Of a stretch of DNA of 64,000 nucleotides, positions 1-10,435 are shown in pieces. Under the pieces are notes generated by a model. The model did no database searches. It had not been told where the DNA came from and was given only the letters and a program-made list of their open reading frames with translations. The number at the start of each line of letters is the position of its first letter. Position 1 is the first letter of the stretch. The stretch is from an uncultured Candidatus Binatia bacterium (GTDB taxonomy: Bacteria; Desulfobacterota; Binatia; UBA9968; JAJDTQ01), in contig OZ244070.1 of NCBI GenBank assembly GCA_965215605.1, forward strand, positions 1,888,001 through 1,952,000. The letters are read 5' to 3'. Made by a program: the position numbers and the translations under genes.

Positions 1-248
1 AGGAGGAGTCCGGCGGCGACGGCCCGTCGATGGTGGATGTGGCGCCCCAGGCGGACGCCATGGTGAGCGTGGGCAACTGTCCCGAGAAGGTCCGCCTCGA
101 AGAGTCCATGGAATGTGTCATCGGCGGCGACGCCTTTCTCGGCGCCATCCAGGGGGATGTGGCCGGCACGGTGGAGATCCCGGTCCAGAACATCATCGGC
201 GCCATCGATCCCATCGGCGGCTCGACGCTGACGGCCCGGCCGGGGTAG
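1..248 (+). CDS. Glycine/sarcosine/betaine reductase component B alpha/beta subunit (GrdE-like), 3' end only
   Basis: C-terminal ADAMVSVGN...VIGG resembles GrdE-family C-terminus; directly upstream of grdB; frame open to window edge. Confidence 0.7.
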   Translation, partial: EESGGDGPSMVDVAPQADAMVSVGNCPEKVRLEESMECVIGGDAFLGAIQGDVAGTVEIPVQNIIGAIDPIGGSTLTARPG

Positions 249-257
249 GGAGGCAAG

Positions 258-1559
258 ATGAAACGAATCGTCCACTACGTGAACCAGTTCTTCGCCGGCC
301 TTGGCGGGGAGGAGGCCGCGGACACGCCGCCCGGCGCGCTGGAAGGGGCGGTGGGACCGGGCAGGCTGCTGCAGAACCTGCTGGGAGAGGGCGGCGGCAT
401 CGTCGCCACGGTTTATTGCGGCGACGACCACTTCTCCGAGAACGAGGAGGCGGCAACGGCCCGGCTGCTGGAGCTCGTGAAGGCGGCCGAGCCGGACCTC
501 CTGTTCGCGGGGCCGGCCTTCGGCTCGGGGCGCTACGGGCTGGCGTGCGCGGGGATGTGCCGGGCGGTGGGCGCCGAGTTGGGAATACCGGTGCTGACCG
601 CCATGTCGCCGTCCAACCCGGGGGCGGACACGATCCGGAGCGAGGTCCCGGTGGTCGGGACCGGGGAGTCGTCGGGCGACATGCGCGCCGCCATCGAGGC
701 TTCCGCGGCCGTGATCGTGAAGATGCTCACCGGCGAGACCGTGGCTCCAGGCGGCGACGAGAGCCTGATCCCCCGCGGCGGCCGGTGGAACACGCGGGTG
801 TCCAAGCGCGCGGCCGAACGGGCCGTGGACCTGCTGCTGGCCAAGCTCGGCGGCGATCCCATGGAGACGGAGATCCCGCTGCCGCCCTTCCAGGAGGTGG
901 CGGCGGCGCCGGGCATCCCGGACCTCGGCCACGCCAGGATCGCGCTGGTCACCACCGGCGGCCTGGTCCCCCGCGGCAATCCGGACGGCATCAAATCCTA
1001 CCTGTCCACCCACTTCGGCGCCTACGGCATGGAGAGCAGGCAGCACCTCGCCGCGGACGAGTTCGAGTCGGTGCACGGCGGCTTCTTCACCGCGGCGGTG
1101 AACGAGGACCCCAACCGGCTGATTCCCCTGGATGTGCTGCGGGACGCGGTGCGCGATGGGTCCCTGGGCGGGCTGCACGAATATTTCTACTCCACCACGG
1201 GCAACGGCACGCCGGTGGAGACCGCCGCCGACATGGCGCGGGACATCGCGGCGTCGCTGGAGGAGGACGGCGTCGACGGCGTCATCCTCACCTCCGCCTG
1301 AGGGACCTGCACTCGCTGCGGCGCAGCGATGGCAAAGGAACTGGAAAGAGGCGGCATCCCCACGGTGCACGTCACCAATCTCGTGTCGGTGTCGGAGAAC
1401 ACCGGGGCCAAGCGGATCATGTCGGGACGGGCCATTCCGCACGTTTTCGGGGATCCGTCCCTTGACGCGGACGAGGAGCGTCGGTTACGCCGGCGGCTGG
1501 TGGAACAGGCCCTCGATATGCTGAAGGAGCGGCAAGGCGAGCCGCCAGGGGCCGATTAG
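258..1559 (+). CDS. grdB: Glycine/betaine/sarcosine reductase selenoprotein B; Sec at TGA 1299-1301
   Basis: N-term MKRIVHYVNQFFAGLGGEE. ORFs 258-1301 and 1329-1559 are in frame and read ILTSA-U-GTCTRCGAAMAKELER, the canonical UxxCxxC motif. Confidence 0.92.
1313..1329 (+). promoter_or_regulatory. Putative bacterial SECIS hairpin
   Basis: tcgctg-cggcg-cagcga stem-loop starts 11 nt after the in-frame TGA. Confidence 0.7.
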
Positions 1560-1620
1560 GCTTGACACGGGCACCGTAAAGTCGGTTAATCGCACGATCT
1601 AAACCCGAGAGGAGGCACTC

Positions 1621-2667
1621 ATGGTTAAACGAGTTCTCGTTCTGACGGCAGGGTTGCTGTTCCTGGCGGGCCCGGCATGGGCTGACGCGGTGGCGGATTT
1701 CTACAAGGGCAAGCAGATTCGTATTGTCGTGGGCTATGGTCCGGGCGGCACCACCGACCTCACCACCCGGCTCATCGCTCCGGTTCTACACAAGTACATT
1801 CCCGGCAGTCCCCGGATCGTGGTCCAGAACAAGGCAGGCGGCGGCAGCGCGCTGGCGGCCAATACCGTGTTCAACAACGAGCGCAGGGACGGCACCGTGA
1901 TGGCGGCCATCAGCAGCAGCCTCGTGCTGAAGCAGGCTCGCGGCGTGGCGGGGATCAAGTTCGACGGCAGGAAGTTCAACTGGGTCGCCAGCGCGTTCCG
2001 GGCCAACTCCGCGTGCGCGGTGCGGACGGATGCCGGCGTCAAGAGCTTCGCCGATGCGGTGAAGACCAAGAAGCAGCTTATCGTGTCGAGCTTCGACAAG
2101 GGCGGCCTGTCCCACCTCGAGCCGATCATGTTCAACGCGGTCTTCGGCGCCAACTTCAAGGCCGTCACGGGATTCCCCAGCGGTGGCGCGCAGCGTCTGG
2201 CGGTGAAGAACGGCGAGGTCAACGGCTTCTGCACGACGTTCCAGACCATGGCCAGCACCGAGATCGCCATGTTCGAGGGCGAGGGGAAATGCTGCCGGGT
2301 CCTGATCATTGCCGGCGAGAAGAAGGCAAACCACCCGCTGCTGAAGGGCGTGCCCGCGGCCGAGGCGCTGGCCAAGGAGCTGGGCAAGAGCAAAGACGAG
2401 ATCGCCATGTTGAGGGCGATGAACGCCACCAACCAGATCAGCATCGTCCACACGCTTCCGCCCGGAGTGCCGAAAGACCGTGTCGAGGCCGTGCGCGACG
2501 CCTTTGTCAAGGCCTACAACGACCCGCAGGTCCAGGCCCTGGCAAAGAAGCAGAACCGCAATCTGCAGCCCAGGCGGGGCGACGGCGTGGCCAAGATCGT
2601 CGGGGAGTTGCTCAACACTCCCAAGCCCCTCATGGACAAGATCAAGGCGCTCATCGCCAAAGGCTGA
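1621..2667 (+). CDS. tctC: Tripartite tricarboxylate transporter substrate-binding protein (Bug/TctC family)
   Basis: Signal peptide; FYKGKQIRIVVGYGPGGTTD and VQNKAGGGS motifs; adjacent tctA/tctB. Confidence 0.88.
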   Translation: MVKRVLVLTAGLLFLAGPAWADAVADFYKGKQIRIVVGYGPGGTTDLTTRLIAPVLHKYIPGSPRIVVQNKAGGGSALAANTVFNNERRDGTVMAAISSSLVLKQARGVAGIKFDGRKFNWVASAFRANSACAVRTDAGVKSFADAVKTKKQLIVSSFDKGGLSHLEPIMFNAVFGANFKAVTGFPSGGAQRLAVKNGEVNGFCTTFQTMASTEIAMFEGEGKCCRVLIIAGEKKANHPLLKGVPAAEALAKELGKSKDEIAMLRAMNATNQISIVHTLPPGVPKDRVEAVRDAFVKAYNDPQVQALAKKQNRNLQPRRGDGVAKIVGELLNTPKPLMDKIKALIAKG

Positions 2668-2824
2668 AGACCGGCGGCCTGCCGTCGAATCAACCGTGGG
2701 TGACAACGAGATCCGGTCCGCGTCCGCCGCTGGCGGTCGCGGGCCGGGCTCCGACCCGCGAACTCTGACCTGAAATCCGACCCGAGAACCGAGAAGAACC
2801 GACCGTTCCCGCTATCGCAACGCC

Positions 2825-4321
2825 ATGCTGGAAGCCTTCGTCACAGGACTGATCCAGGTATTCGATCAGACCACCTTCCTGCTGATGTCGATCGGTATCT
2901 TCCTGGGGTTCATCGTCGGGATCCTGCCCGGCATCGGCAGCCCCGGGGCGGTGGCGCTCATGCTGCCGTTCATATTCGAGATGGACCCGGTGCAGGCGTT
3001 CGCCTTCCTGCTCGGAATGTACGCGGTCACCGGCACCACCGGCGACATCACCTCGATCCTGTTCGGTGTGCCCGGAGAGGTGGTGTCCACCGCCACGATC
3101 ATCGACGGGCATCCCATGGCCAAGAAAGGCGAGGCCGGCCGCGCCTTGGGCGCCGCGCTCATGAGCTCGCTGGTGGGCGCCATCGTCGGCGCTTTCTCCC
3201 TGGCGCTGGCCATTCCCATCGTCACCCCGCTGGTGCTGTCCTTCAAGTCGCCGGAGTTCTTCTCTCTGGCGATCCTGGGAATCTGCTTTCTCGCGGCGCT
3301 GAGCGGTGACAACAAGCTCAAGGGCGTGCTGGCCGGCGGACTGGGGCTCGTGCTTTCCACCGTCGGCCTGGATTACCAGGAGAACATCGAGCGCTATACC
3401 TTCGGCCTCGTGAACCTGTGGGAGGGCGTCGGGCTTATCGCCGCGGCGGTGGGGCTGTTCGCGGTACCCGAGATCGTGGAGCTGTGGGTCAAGGGCTCCG
3501 CCATCGCCGACACAAAGGTGGGCAAGCTCGGCGGCGTGTGGCAGGGGGTCAAGGACACCTTCATCCACATCGGCATCACCGTCCGCTGCAGCATGATCGG
3601 CACCTTCTTCGGCCTCGTGCCCGGCGTGAGCGCCGCGCTGTCCCAGTGGGTCTCCTACGCCCACGCGGTTCAGAGCACCAGGGACAAGAGCGGCTTCGGC
3701 AAGGGCGATGTGCGCGGCGTCCTGGGGCCGGGCGCGGCCAACAACTCGGGCATCGGCGCCGCCATGATCCCGACGGTGGCCTTCGGGGTCCCCGGCAGCG
3801 CCACCACGGCCATCCTGCTGGGCGCGTTCATCATCCAGGGGTTGCAGCCCGGGCCGAAGATGCTGACGGAACACTTGGCCCTGACCTTCTCGTTCGTCTG
3901 GCTCATCGTTATCTCGAACATCATCACCGTGGTGCTGTGCCTGCTGTTCCTGAACCAGTTGGCGAAGATCACCCAAGTCCGCGGATCGCTGCTGATTCCC
4001 GCGCTGTTCATGCTCATCTACCTGGCGGGCTTCGCCAACACCGGTTCCTACTTCGCCATGACCACAACGCTGGTTTTCGGGGTGATGGGCGTGGTGATGG
4101 TGAACCACGGCTGGCCGCGTCCGCCGCTGGTGCTGGGGCTGGTGCTCGGTTCGCTGGTGGAGCGGAACCTGTTTATCTCGTACGAGATCTACGGACTTTG
4201 GTTCCTGACGCGCCCCATCGTCATGGTGACCTTCGGGGTCGCCCTGGTCGTGATCTTCCTGCCCGGGCTGCAGGACTGGATGGCGAAGCGGGCTCAGCTC
4301 AAGGAGGAGCCGGGTGCGTAA
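2825..4321 (+). CDS. tctA: Tripartite tricarboxylate transporter permease TctA
   Basis: GILPGIG, ITSILFGVPG, DGHPMAKKGEAGRAL, AANNS, IPTVAFGVPGS motifs. Confidence 0.92.
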   Translation: MLEAFVTGLIQVFDQTTFLLMSIGIFLGFIVGILPGIGSPGAVALMLPFIFEMDPVQAFAFLLGMYAVTGTTGDITSILFGVPGEVVSTATIIDGHPMAKKGEAGRALGAALMSSLVGAIVGAFSLALAIPIVTPLVLSFKSPEFFSLAILGICFLAALSGDNKLKGVLAGGLGLVLSTVGLDYQENIERYTFGLVNLWEGVGLIAAAVGLFAVPEIVELWVKGSAIADTKVGKLGGVWQGVKDTFIHIGITVRCSMIGTFFGLVPGVSAALSQWVSYAHAVQSTRDKSGFGKGDVRGVLGPGAANNSGIGAAMIPTVAFGVPGSATTAILLGAFIIQGLQPGPKMLTEHLALTFSFVWLIVISNIITVVLCLLFLNQLAKITQVRGSLLIPALFMLIYLAGFANTGSYFAMTTTLVFGVMGVVMVNHGWPRPPLVLGLVLGSLVERNLFISYEIYGLWFLTRPIVMVTFGVALVVIFLPGLQDWMAKRAQLKEEPGA

Positions 4322-4859
4322 CCGGACGGATGTGGTCATCGGCGTGCTGCTGGTGACGCTCATCTCATGGGCGGTGTGGGAGGCGCAGCAATGGCCCGCC
4401 CGTACGCGTTTCTTCCCCCTGGCCATCGGTTATCCGGTGCTGGCCTTGTCGGTGATGCACCTCGCCTACAGCTTGTGGCTGGGACTCCGGCCGGCCAGGT
4501 TCGAGCCGGCCCCGGCAGCGCCCGAGCCCGTGGCGGAGGCCGGGCCCGTGCTGGAGCCGGCGGTCGTGCGCCGGCGCACGATGGAGATCTCCTTCTGGGC
4601 CGTGGCCTTCGCTCTGGGCCTGTACCTCCTGGGATTCAAGGTGGGCGGGCTGGTCATCCCGACGATCTTCCTCCGCTATCAGGCCCGCGAACTCTGGCGC
4701 ACGAGCCTCCTGTACAGTCTGGGCGTGTACGTGTTTTTCAAGATCGGGCTGGAGGAGGCCCTCTCGTTTCCGCTGCCCTCCGGGCAAATCGCCTACGGCC
4801 TCGGCCTCTACTCCTTCGATTCCTACCTCGTGGACCCGATTCTGAACCTGCTCCGGTGA
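4314..4859 (+). CDS. tctB: TctB family small membrane subunit
   Basis: 4-5 TM helices, C-terminal LPSG; overlaps tctA stop. Confidence 0.8.
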   Translation: MRNRTDVVIGVLLVTLISWAVWEAQQWPARTRFFPLAIGYPVLALSVMHLAYSLWLGLRPARFEPAPAAPEPVAEAGPVLEPAVVRRRTMEISFWAVAFALGLYLLGFKVGGLVIPTIFLRYQARELWRTSLLYSLGVYVFFKIGLEEALSFPLPSGQIAYGLGLYSFDSYLVDPILNLLR

Positions 4860-4934
4860 ACCTTGCCCGTTTCATCGGGCCTTCGAGCCTGCCTTCAAAG
4901 ACGATGTGCCCTATGTCCCATGCCTTGCACTCCC

Positions 4935-6134
4935 CTATTCATGGCGCCGGGCCGCCGCCTCGACTTCCTCCATCACCCGCAGCAGGTTGCCGCCCCATAG
5001 TTGTGCGATCTGCTCCTGGTTGTAGCCCCGGCGCGCCAACTCGATGGTGACGTTCAGAGTATCGCGGGCGTTGTCCCAGCCGGCGATGCCGCCGCCGCCG
5101 TTGAAGTCCGACGCCAGGCCTACATGGTCGATGCCCACGAGGTTCACCGCGTAGTCGATGTGGTCGGCGAAGTCCTTCACCGACGCCTTCGGCCACTTGA
5201 GGTCGATCTCCCCCCGGCGGGCGTGGTAGGTGTCGCGCTTCTCGTCGCTCAGTCGTTCGAAATCGGCGAACCCCTTGATGCCCATCGCTGTTCTCAGGGC
5301 CCGTAGCGCCGCCTGCCTCTGGCTCGACACCGGCCGCAGGTAGTAGTCGAAGGCCACCATCTGGGCCACGCCGCCGTTGTCCCTTAGCGCCGTCAGCGCC
5401 TCGTCGGACAGGTTCCGCGGGTGGTCGTAGACTCCCTTGACGCTGGAATGGGAGGCGATCACCGGTGCCCGGGATGCGCGGATGGCGTCCAGTGCGGTGG
5501 TCATGGACGCGTGGGAGATGTCCACCATGATGCCCAGGTCGTTGGCGCGCCCCACCGCGGCGCGTCCGAAATCGGTGAGGCCGCCGTGCTCGGTGGGCGA
5601 ATCCTTGAGGCGGGGGTAGGGCACCGCGGAGTCGCCGAGATCGTTGTGGCCGTTGTGGAGCAGCCCCAGGTAGCGCGCGCCGAAGTCGTGGTAGGTCCGG
5701 AGGATCTCCAGGTCGCGGCCCAGGGCATGCCCGTTCTCGATGCCGATGAGCGCCGCAAGCCGGCCCTCGCCGTGAATGCGGCGCACGTCCGCGGCAGTGC
5801 GGGCCAGGGAAATGGTTTCCGGATACTGCACATCGGTCATGCGGCGGATGGCGGCGAACTTGGCAAAGGCATCCGCCATGGCCCGGGCGTACCCTGCCGG
5901 GTTGCGCTCGCCTTGCCCGACGTACACGATGAAGAATACCGCGTCGAGCCCGCCACGCTCCATCCCCACGAGGTCGATCTGACCGCGGCCCCGCTTGGCC
6001 TCCCTGGGATCGTAGCTCTCGGTGCCGAAATCCGGCGGAATGTCCACGTGGGTGTCCATGGTGAGGATGCGCGCGTGGATGGACCGGGCTCGGGTGAGAA
6101 GTTCAGCTTCGCTGTCCACCGGTAGCGTTTTCAC
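4935..6134 (-). CDS. Membrane dipeptidase (peptidase M19)
   Basis: DTHVD, GIENG, VDISH, IASHS, HPRN, GLASDFNGG motifs. Confidence 0.9.
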   Translation of the reverse strand: MKTLPVDSEAELLTRARSIHARILTMDTHVDIPPDFGTESYDPREAKRGRGQIDLVGMERGGLDAVFFIVYVGQGERNPAGYARAMADAFAKFAAIRRMTDVQYPETISLARTAADVRRIHGEGRLAALIGIENGHALGRDLEILRTYHDFGARYLGLLHNGHNDLGDSAVPYPRLKDSPTEHGGLTDFGRAAVGRANDLGIMVDISHASMTTALDAIRASRAPVIASHSSVKGVYDHPRNLSDEALTALRDNGGVAQMVAFDYYLRPVSSQRQAALRALRTAMGIKGFADFERLSDEKRDTYHARRGEIDLKWPKASVKDFADHIDYAVNLVGIDHVGLASDFNGGGGIAGWDNARDTLNVTIELARRGYNQEQIAQLWGGNLLRVMEEVEAAARRHE

Positions 6135-6472
6135 AGGGGCCTCCGCGAATCTCAGGGCTCATCCGGAAGTTGGGCGCCGTGCCACGCGGCTGCGACCCAG
6201 GCCGTGTTGTCTTTTTGCCATGGAAGAAACGGTACGGTGCAGTCTCACGAATCTTCATCCGCGAGCAGCGCGTCGGCCTCCGCCGGCACCGTGTCCAAGT
6301 CTACCCCATGTCCCTCGGCGATCTTCTCCTTTGATTCATTTGACAGTACCAACAAACGTATCAAGAGGACTGGGTAAAACGTAGCCGCATTCTGGATTCA
6401 AGATCTTTACACTTGGACCTGGAGGGCTTCCCATGTATTTGCCTGCATATGACCCACAAGCCATGTTAGAGT

Positions 6473-6556
6473 GTGAGTCGGGTAGTTGAAATCGTGGATG
6501 AGTTCGAGGGTTCACGCCACGCGGACATGAAGGAGTTGCGGTTCAACTCGGTCTGA
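6473..6556 (+). pseudogene. Internally deleted RelE/ParE (Gp49-like) toxin remnant
   Basis: 27-codon ORF VSRVVEIVDEFE-GSRHADMKELRFNSV joins the N-terminal and central motifs of this toxin family; lies just upstream of an XRE antitoxin. Confidence 0.65.
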
Positions 6557-6578
6557 CTCGACTGAAGGTGAGAGGGAG

Positions 6579-6911
6579 ATGACCATGCCAGTGAACGTGG
6601 ACGGGAAGATCGGGAAGTTGAGCGTGGCGCAGCGCAAGAAAGTTGAGGCTCGCGCGGCAGAGCGGATCGCGGAGGAGATGACGTTGCGTGAGCTTCGCAA
6701 GGCACGGAATCTTACGCAAATACGCGTGGCGAAACAGCTTGGGATCACTCAGGATAGCGTCTCGCGACTTGAGAAGCGTAGCGACCTCCTGCTGTCCACG
6801 TTGCGCAAGACAGTCGAGGCGATGGGTGGGAGCCTGTCTCTGGTCGCAGAGTTCCCCGATCGTGCGCCGGTGGTGTTGTCCGGCATCGCCGAGGATGAAC
6901 CGGGGGCTTGA
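6579..6911 (+). CDS. XRE-family HTH antitoxin/regulator
   Basis: LRELRKARNLTQ..VSRLEKRSDLLLSTLRKTVEAMGG-L-LVAEFPD. Confidence 0.85.
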   Translation: MTMPVNVDGKIGKLSVAQRKKVEARAAERIAEEMTLRELRKARNLTQIRVAKQLGITQDSVSRLEKRSDLLLSTLRKTVEAMGGSLSLVAEFPDRAPVVLSGIAEDEPGA

Positions 6912-8101
6912 TGTCGGAGCAAGTGGCGCGTGACCACGCAAATGCCGCGGACTACGTCTACGTCCGCGAATACGCTGACCTCGAGCGGTTGATCCGCCGT
7001 ATCGATGACGGCAAGCGGGTCGCGCTCGATATCGAGGCCGACAGCCTTCACAGCTACACGGAGAAGGTCTGCCTGATCCAGCTTTCCGTCGGAGGTGAGG
7101 ACTTCGTCGTCGACCCCCTTTCCGGCCTCGACTACGACGGCCTCGTACATGCTTTGGCAGGCAAGCCGCTGATCGCCCACGGCGGCGACTACGATCTGCG
7201 CATGCTGCGGGCGTGGCAGGGGTTCCGCCCGCGGGGCGCACTCTTCGACACCATGATTGCCGCTCAACTGCTGGGCATCGAACAGATTGGGCTGGCGGCC
7301 CTGGTCGAGAGATTCCTCGACGTCACCATGACCAAGGACTCGCAGAAGTCCGACTGGTCGCGCCGGCCGCTGAGCGAAAAGCAGTTGCGTTACGCGGCCA
7401 ACGACACGCGGCATCTCGAGGAGCTCGCCGAGTGCCTGCACGGCGAACTGCTGGAGCGGGGACGGGTGGAGTGGCACCGCGAGAGTTGCGCGGCCATGGT
7501 GGAGGCCACCGGGCGCGATCGTCAGCGCGACTCTCGGGAAGCTTGGCGAATCAAGGGATCCGGCCGGCTGACTCCCCGCCAGCTTGGGTATCTGCGGGAA
7601 GCCTGGGGGTGGCGTGAGGAGCGCGCCCGGCGCGCCGACCGTCCGACCTTCAAGGTCCTGGGCAACCGGCAACTCCTGGAGTTGGTCCTGTGGGCGGAGT
7701 CCCATCCGGACGAGGCGTTGGAGCAGGGGCCGAAGCTGCCGCGCGACATCGTCGGCTCCCGCAGGAGGGCGCTCAAGCACGCGCTTGACCGGGCGACGGC
7801 CATGACCCCGGCGGAGTGGCCGGAACGAATCAGGGCCCCGCGGGAACATCCGCCGCCCATGGACCAGCGGGAGCTCGACGCGTTGCGCGGCCAATGCGCC
7901 GGGATCGCCGAGGCGCTGGAGATCGCGCCGTCGACGCTGGCGCCAAAGGCGGCGCTCGAGGCCATCGTCCAGCAGCGGCCCGAGACTATCGATGAGGTCA
8001 TGGCGAGCGGGGGGCTGTTGCGTTGGCAGGCGGAGTTGGTGCGTCCCGCGGTGGAACGAGCGCTGAACGGGACGCCGGACGATGCTGCCTCATCGGCCTG
8101 A
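6911..8101 (+). CDS. rnd: Ribonuclease D (DEDDy 3'-5' exonuclease + HRDC)
   Basis: ALDIEADS, CLIQL, FDTMIAA, SDWSRRPLSEKQLRYAANDT. Confidence 0.88.
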   Translation: MSEQVARDHANAADYVYVREYADLERLIRRIDDGKRVALDIEADSLHSYTEKVCLIQLSVGGEDFVVDPLSGLDYDGLVHALAGKPLIAHGGDYDLRMLRAWQGFRPRGALFDTMIAAQLLGIEQIGLAALVERFLDVTMTKDSQKSDWSRRPLSEKQLRYAANDTRHLEELAECLHGELLERGRVEWHRESCAAMVEATGRDRQRDSREAWRIKGSGRLTPRQLGYLREAWGWREERARRADRPTFKVLGNRQLLELVLWAESHPDEALEQGPKLPRDIVGSRRRALKHALDRATAMTPAEWPERIRAPREHPPPMDQRELDALRGQCAGIAEALEIAPSTLAPKAALEAIVQQRPETIDEVMASGGLLRWQAELVRPAVERALNGTPDDAASSA

Positions 8102-8189
8102 AGGACCCGGCCGGCAAGATGTGCTATAGGTCGAGCAAGGCCCGCGGCGTTTGCCCGGCAGTCATACCGTGACGAGAGGAGCCGTGATC

Positions 8190-9623
8190 ATGGGAAATCG
8201 AGCGGCAGAGATACACGACGGCCTGAAGCACCCGGTGATCGACGGCGACGGCCACTGGATCGAGCCGATCCCGGTCTTTCTCGAGTACCTGAGCGAGGCG
8301 GGCGGCCCCGGCGCCGTCGACCAGATCCGGGACCTCTGGCGCCGCAACCAGGGCTGGTACCGGGCCACCCCGCAGGAGCGCCAGCACCACCGCATGCGCC
8401 GTACCATCTGGTGGGGCGTCACCGCCGATACCCTCGACAAGGCCACGGGGCTGTTGCCGGGGCTGCTGAACGAGCGGCTGCCGGAGCTGGGCATCGACTT
8501 CGCGATGATCTACCCGAGCTTCGGGCTGAGCGTCAACGGCATTCAGGACGACGACCTGCACCGGGCGGGAGTCCGGGCTTACAACATGATGACGGCCGAC
8601 ATGTTCGGGCCGTATTCCGAACGGTTCTGTCCGGTGGCCATCATCCCGGCGCACAATCCCGACGAGGCCCTGGAGGAGCTGGAGTACGCCGTCGTGCGGC
8701 GCGGCTACAGGGCCATCATGCTGCGGGGCAACCAGGAGCGGAAGATCCCGGGCGCGGCCGAAGGCATCGATCCGCGCAAGGCGGCCTGGTACTGCGACAA
8801 CATCGCCCTGGACAGTCCGTATGACTACGAGCCCGTCTGGCAGCGGTGCGTCGAGTTGGGCGTGGCGGTGACCCAGCACTCGGGCAGCGGCCGCTGGCAT
8901 GATCGCGCCTCCATCAGCAACTTCACCTTCAACCACGTCGGCCATTTCGCCGAGTCGAACCACGCGTTCGCCCGCGGCGTCTTCCTGGGCGGCTTGGTGA
9001 ACCGTTACCCGAGCCTCAACTTCGGCTTCATGGAGGGTGGCATAAGCTGGGCCTGCCAGATGTGCTTCGACCTCATCGAGCACTGGGAGAAGCGCCGGCG
9101 CGCCGGTTTGCAGTACCCGGACACGACCAACGTCCAGGAGTTGAAGGAGTTCATCGACCGCTACGGCGATGAGAAGCTCAAGCGCAACGCCGACGCCATC
9201 ATGGACAACCTCGACGCCTTCCGGCCCCACTGCAGCCTCGACGAGCTGGCCAGGCCCGAGCACGTGGTGGACGATTTCGAGGCCGCGGGCATCAACTCCG
9301 AAGAGGACGTCGAGGCGGTGTTCGCCAACAACTTCTTCTTCGGCTGCGAGGCGGACGACCGCGCCACCATGTGGGCGTTCGATCCGCGCATGGGCGTGCG
9401 GCTCCAACCGATTTTCAGCTCCGACTTCACGCACTTCGACGTGCCGGACTTCAAGGACGTGATTCCGGAATCGTACGAGATGGTGGAGAAGGGTCACGTG
9501 AACGAGCAGGACTTCCGGGAGTTCACCTTCACCAACGCCGCGCGCCTGCACACCCGCAACAACCCCGACTTCTTCAAGGGTACCGTCGTCGAACAGGCCG
9601 TGGCCGACGAGCTCGGCCTGTAG
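8190..9623 (+). CDS. Amidohydrolase family 2 protein
   Basis: VIDGDGH, GFMEGG, FSSDFTHFD. Confidence 0.85.
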   Translation: MGNRAAEIHDGLKHPVIDGDGHWIEPIPVFLEYLSEAGGPGAVDQIRDLWRRNQGWYRATPQERQHHRMRRTIWWGVTADTLDKATGLLPGLLNERLPELGIDFAMIYPSFGLSVNGIQDDDLHRAGVRAYNMMTADMFGPYSERFCPVAIIPAHNPDEALEELEYAVVRRGYRAIMLRGNQERKIPGAAEGIDPRKAAWYCDNIALDSPYDYEPVWQRCVELGVAVTQHSGSGRWHDRASISNFTFNHVGHFAESNHAFARGVFLGGLVNRYPSLNFGFMEGGISWACQMCFDLIEHWEKRRRAGLQYPDTTNVQELKEFIDRYGDEKLKRNADAIMDNLDAFRPHCSLDELARPEHVVDDFEAAGINSEEDVEAVFANNFFFGCEADDRATMWAFDPRMGVRLQPIFSSDFTHFDVPDFKDVIPESYEMVEKGHVNEQDFREFTFTNAARLHTRNNPDFFKGTVVEQAVADELGL

Positions 9624-9771
9624 ACGCAGGCGCCTGGATCCGCCGCGGGCCCGCTGCCCTTGACGTCACGGGCACGCCCTCAGGCTCGGCCACCCGCCGG
9701 CAATTGCGGACCGCACGTTCCCATAGTAAAATCCGGGTGTGGCCAAGGCCACGGTCCGTGACGGGGTTGGG

Positions 9772-10398
9772 ATGAAGGCATTTTCGGACATCAACGCGAT
9801 GCACTTCCGGAAGAGCGTCTTTACGGGAGAGACGTTGTTCTTCTTCGGGGTGTGGCCATGGCCGTCTACCTGGACGGGCTACATCATTACGTCCGAGGAG
9901 GACATCGCCGAGCTCAAGGCGCGCTTGAGAAAGTACCAGACGGTGAGGTTATTCGTGCTGGGTCCGCTCGTGGCCATGCTTTTGGCGCTCCTGGTCGGTT
10001 CCGGGTCGTGGCCGTCGGGCGGCAAATTCGTCGGACAGATCCTGATCGCGATCGTGGCAGCGTTCATCGCCGAGGGGATCACGTCGTTCGTAGGGAAGCG
10101 TTTCCTGCTTGATCCGATCCTCAGCAACTGCGCTGTCTCCCAGGAGAAGGTGACCCGGCGCGACCTGCTGGAAGCCCATGCCGCGACTACGGGCCGGGTC
10201 CGGGCCGGTCATGTCATGCTCACGGTCCTCCCGCTCGCGGGAGGCCTCGCCCTGCTGTTTCGGGGCGACGGTCAGGAGGACCGTATCACGGGGATTTTGC
10301 TGATCGCCGTCGCCGTCGGCGTCGCTGTGTTGGCGGTGAAAACCGCCCGGGAGGAGCGCCGGCGCAGGGAGCGCGATGCGTGGATGGTGAAGCCATAG
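9772..10398 (+). CDS. Hypothetical membrane protein
   Basis: About 4 hydrophobic segments; start codon uncertain (9739 or 9772). Confidence 0.55.
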   Translation: MKAFSDINAMHFRKSVFTGETLFFFGVWPWPSTWTGYIITSEEDIAELKARLRKYQTVRLFVLGPLVAMLLALLVGSGSWPSGGKFVGQILIAIVAAFIAEGITSFVGKRFLLDPILSNCAVSQEKVTRRDLLEAHAATTGRVRAGHVMLTVLPLAGGLALLFRGDGQEDRITGILLIAVAVGVAVLAVKTAREERRRRERDAWMVKP

Positions 10399-10435
10399 GG
10401 ACGCCTGCCGCTACCCGTGATTGCCCCGCCAGCGT

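Noticed and set aside
1299-1301. grdB as a nonsense pseudogene or two separate genes
   Set aside because: The TGA occupies the known Sec position and is followed by a SECIS-like hairpin
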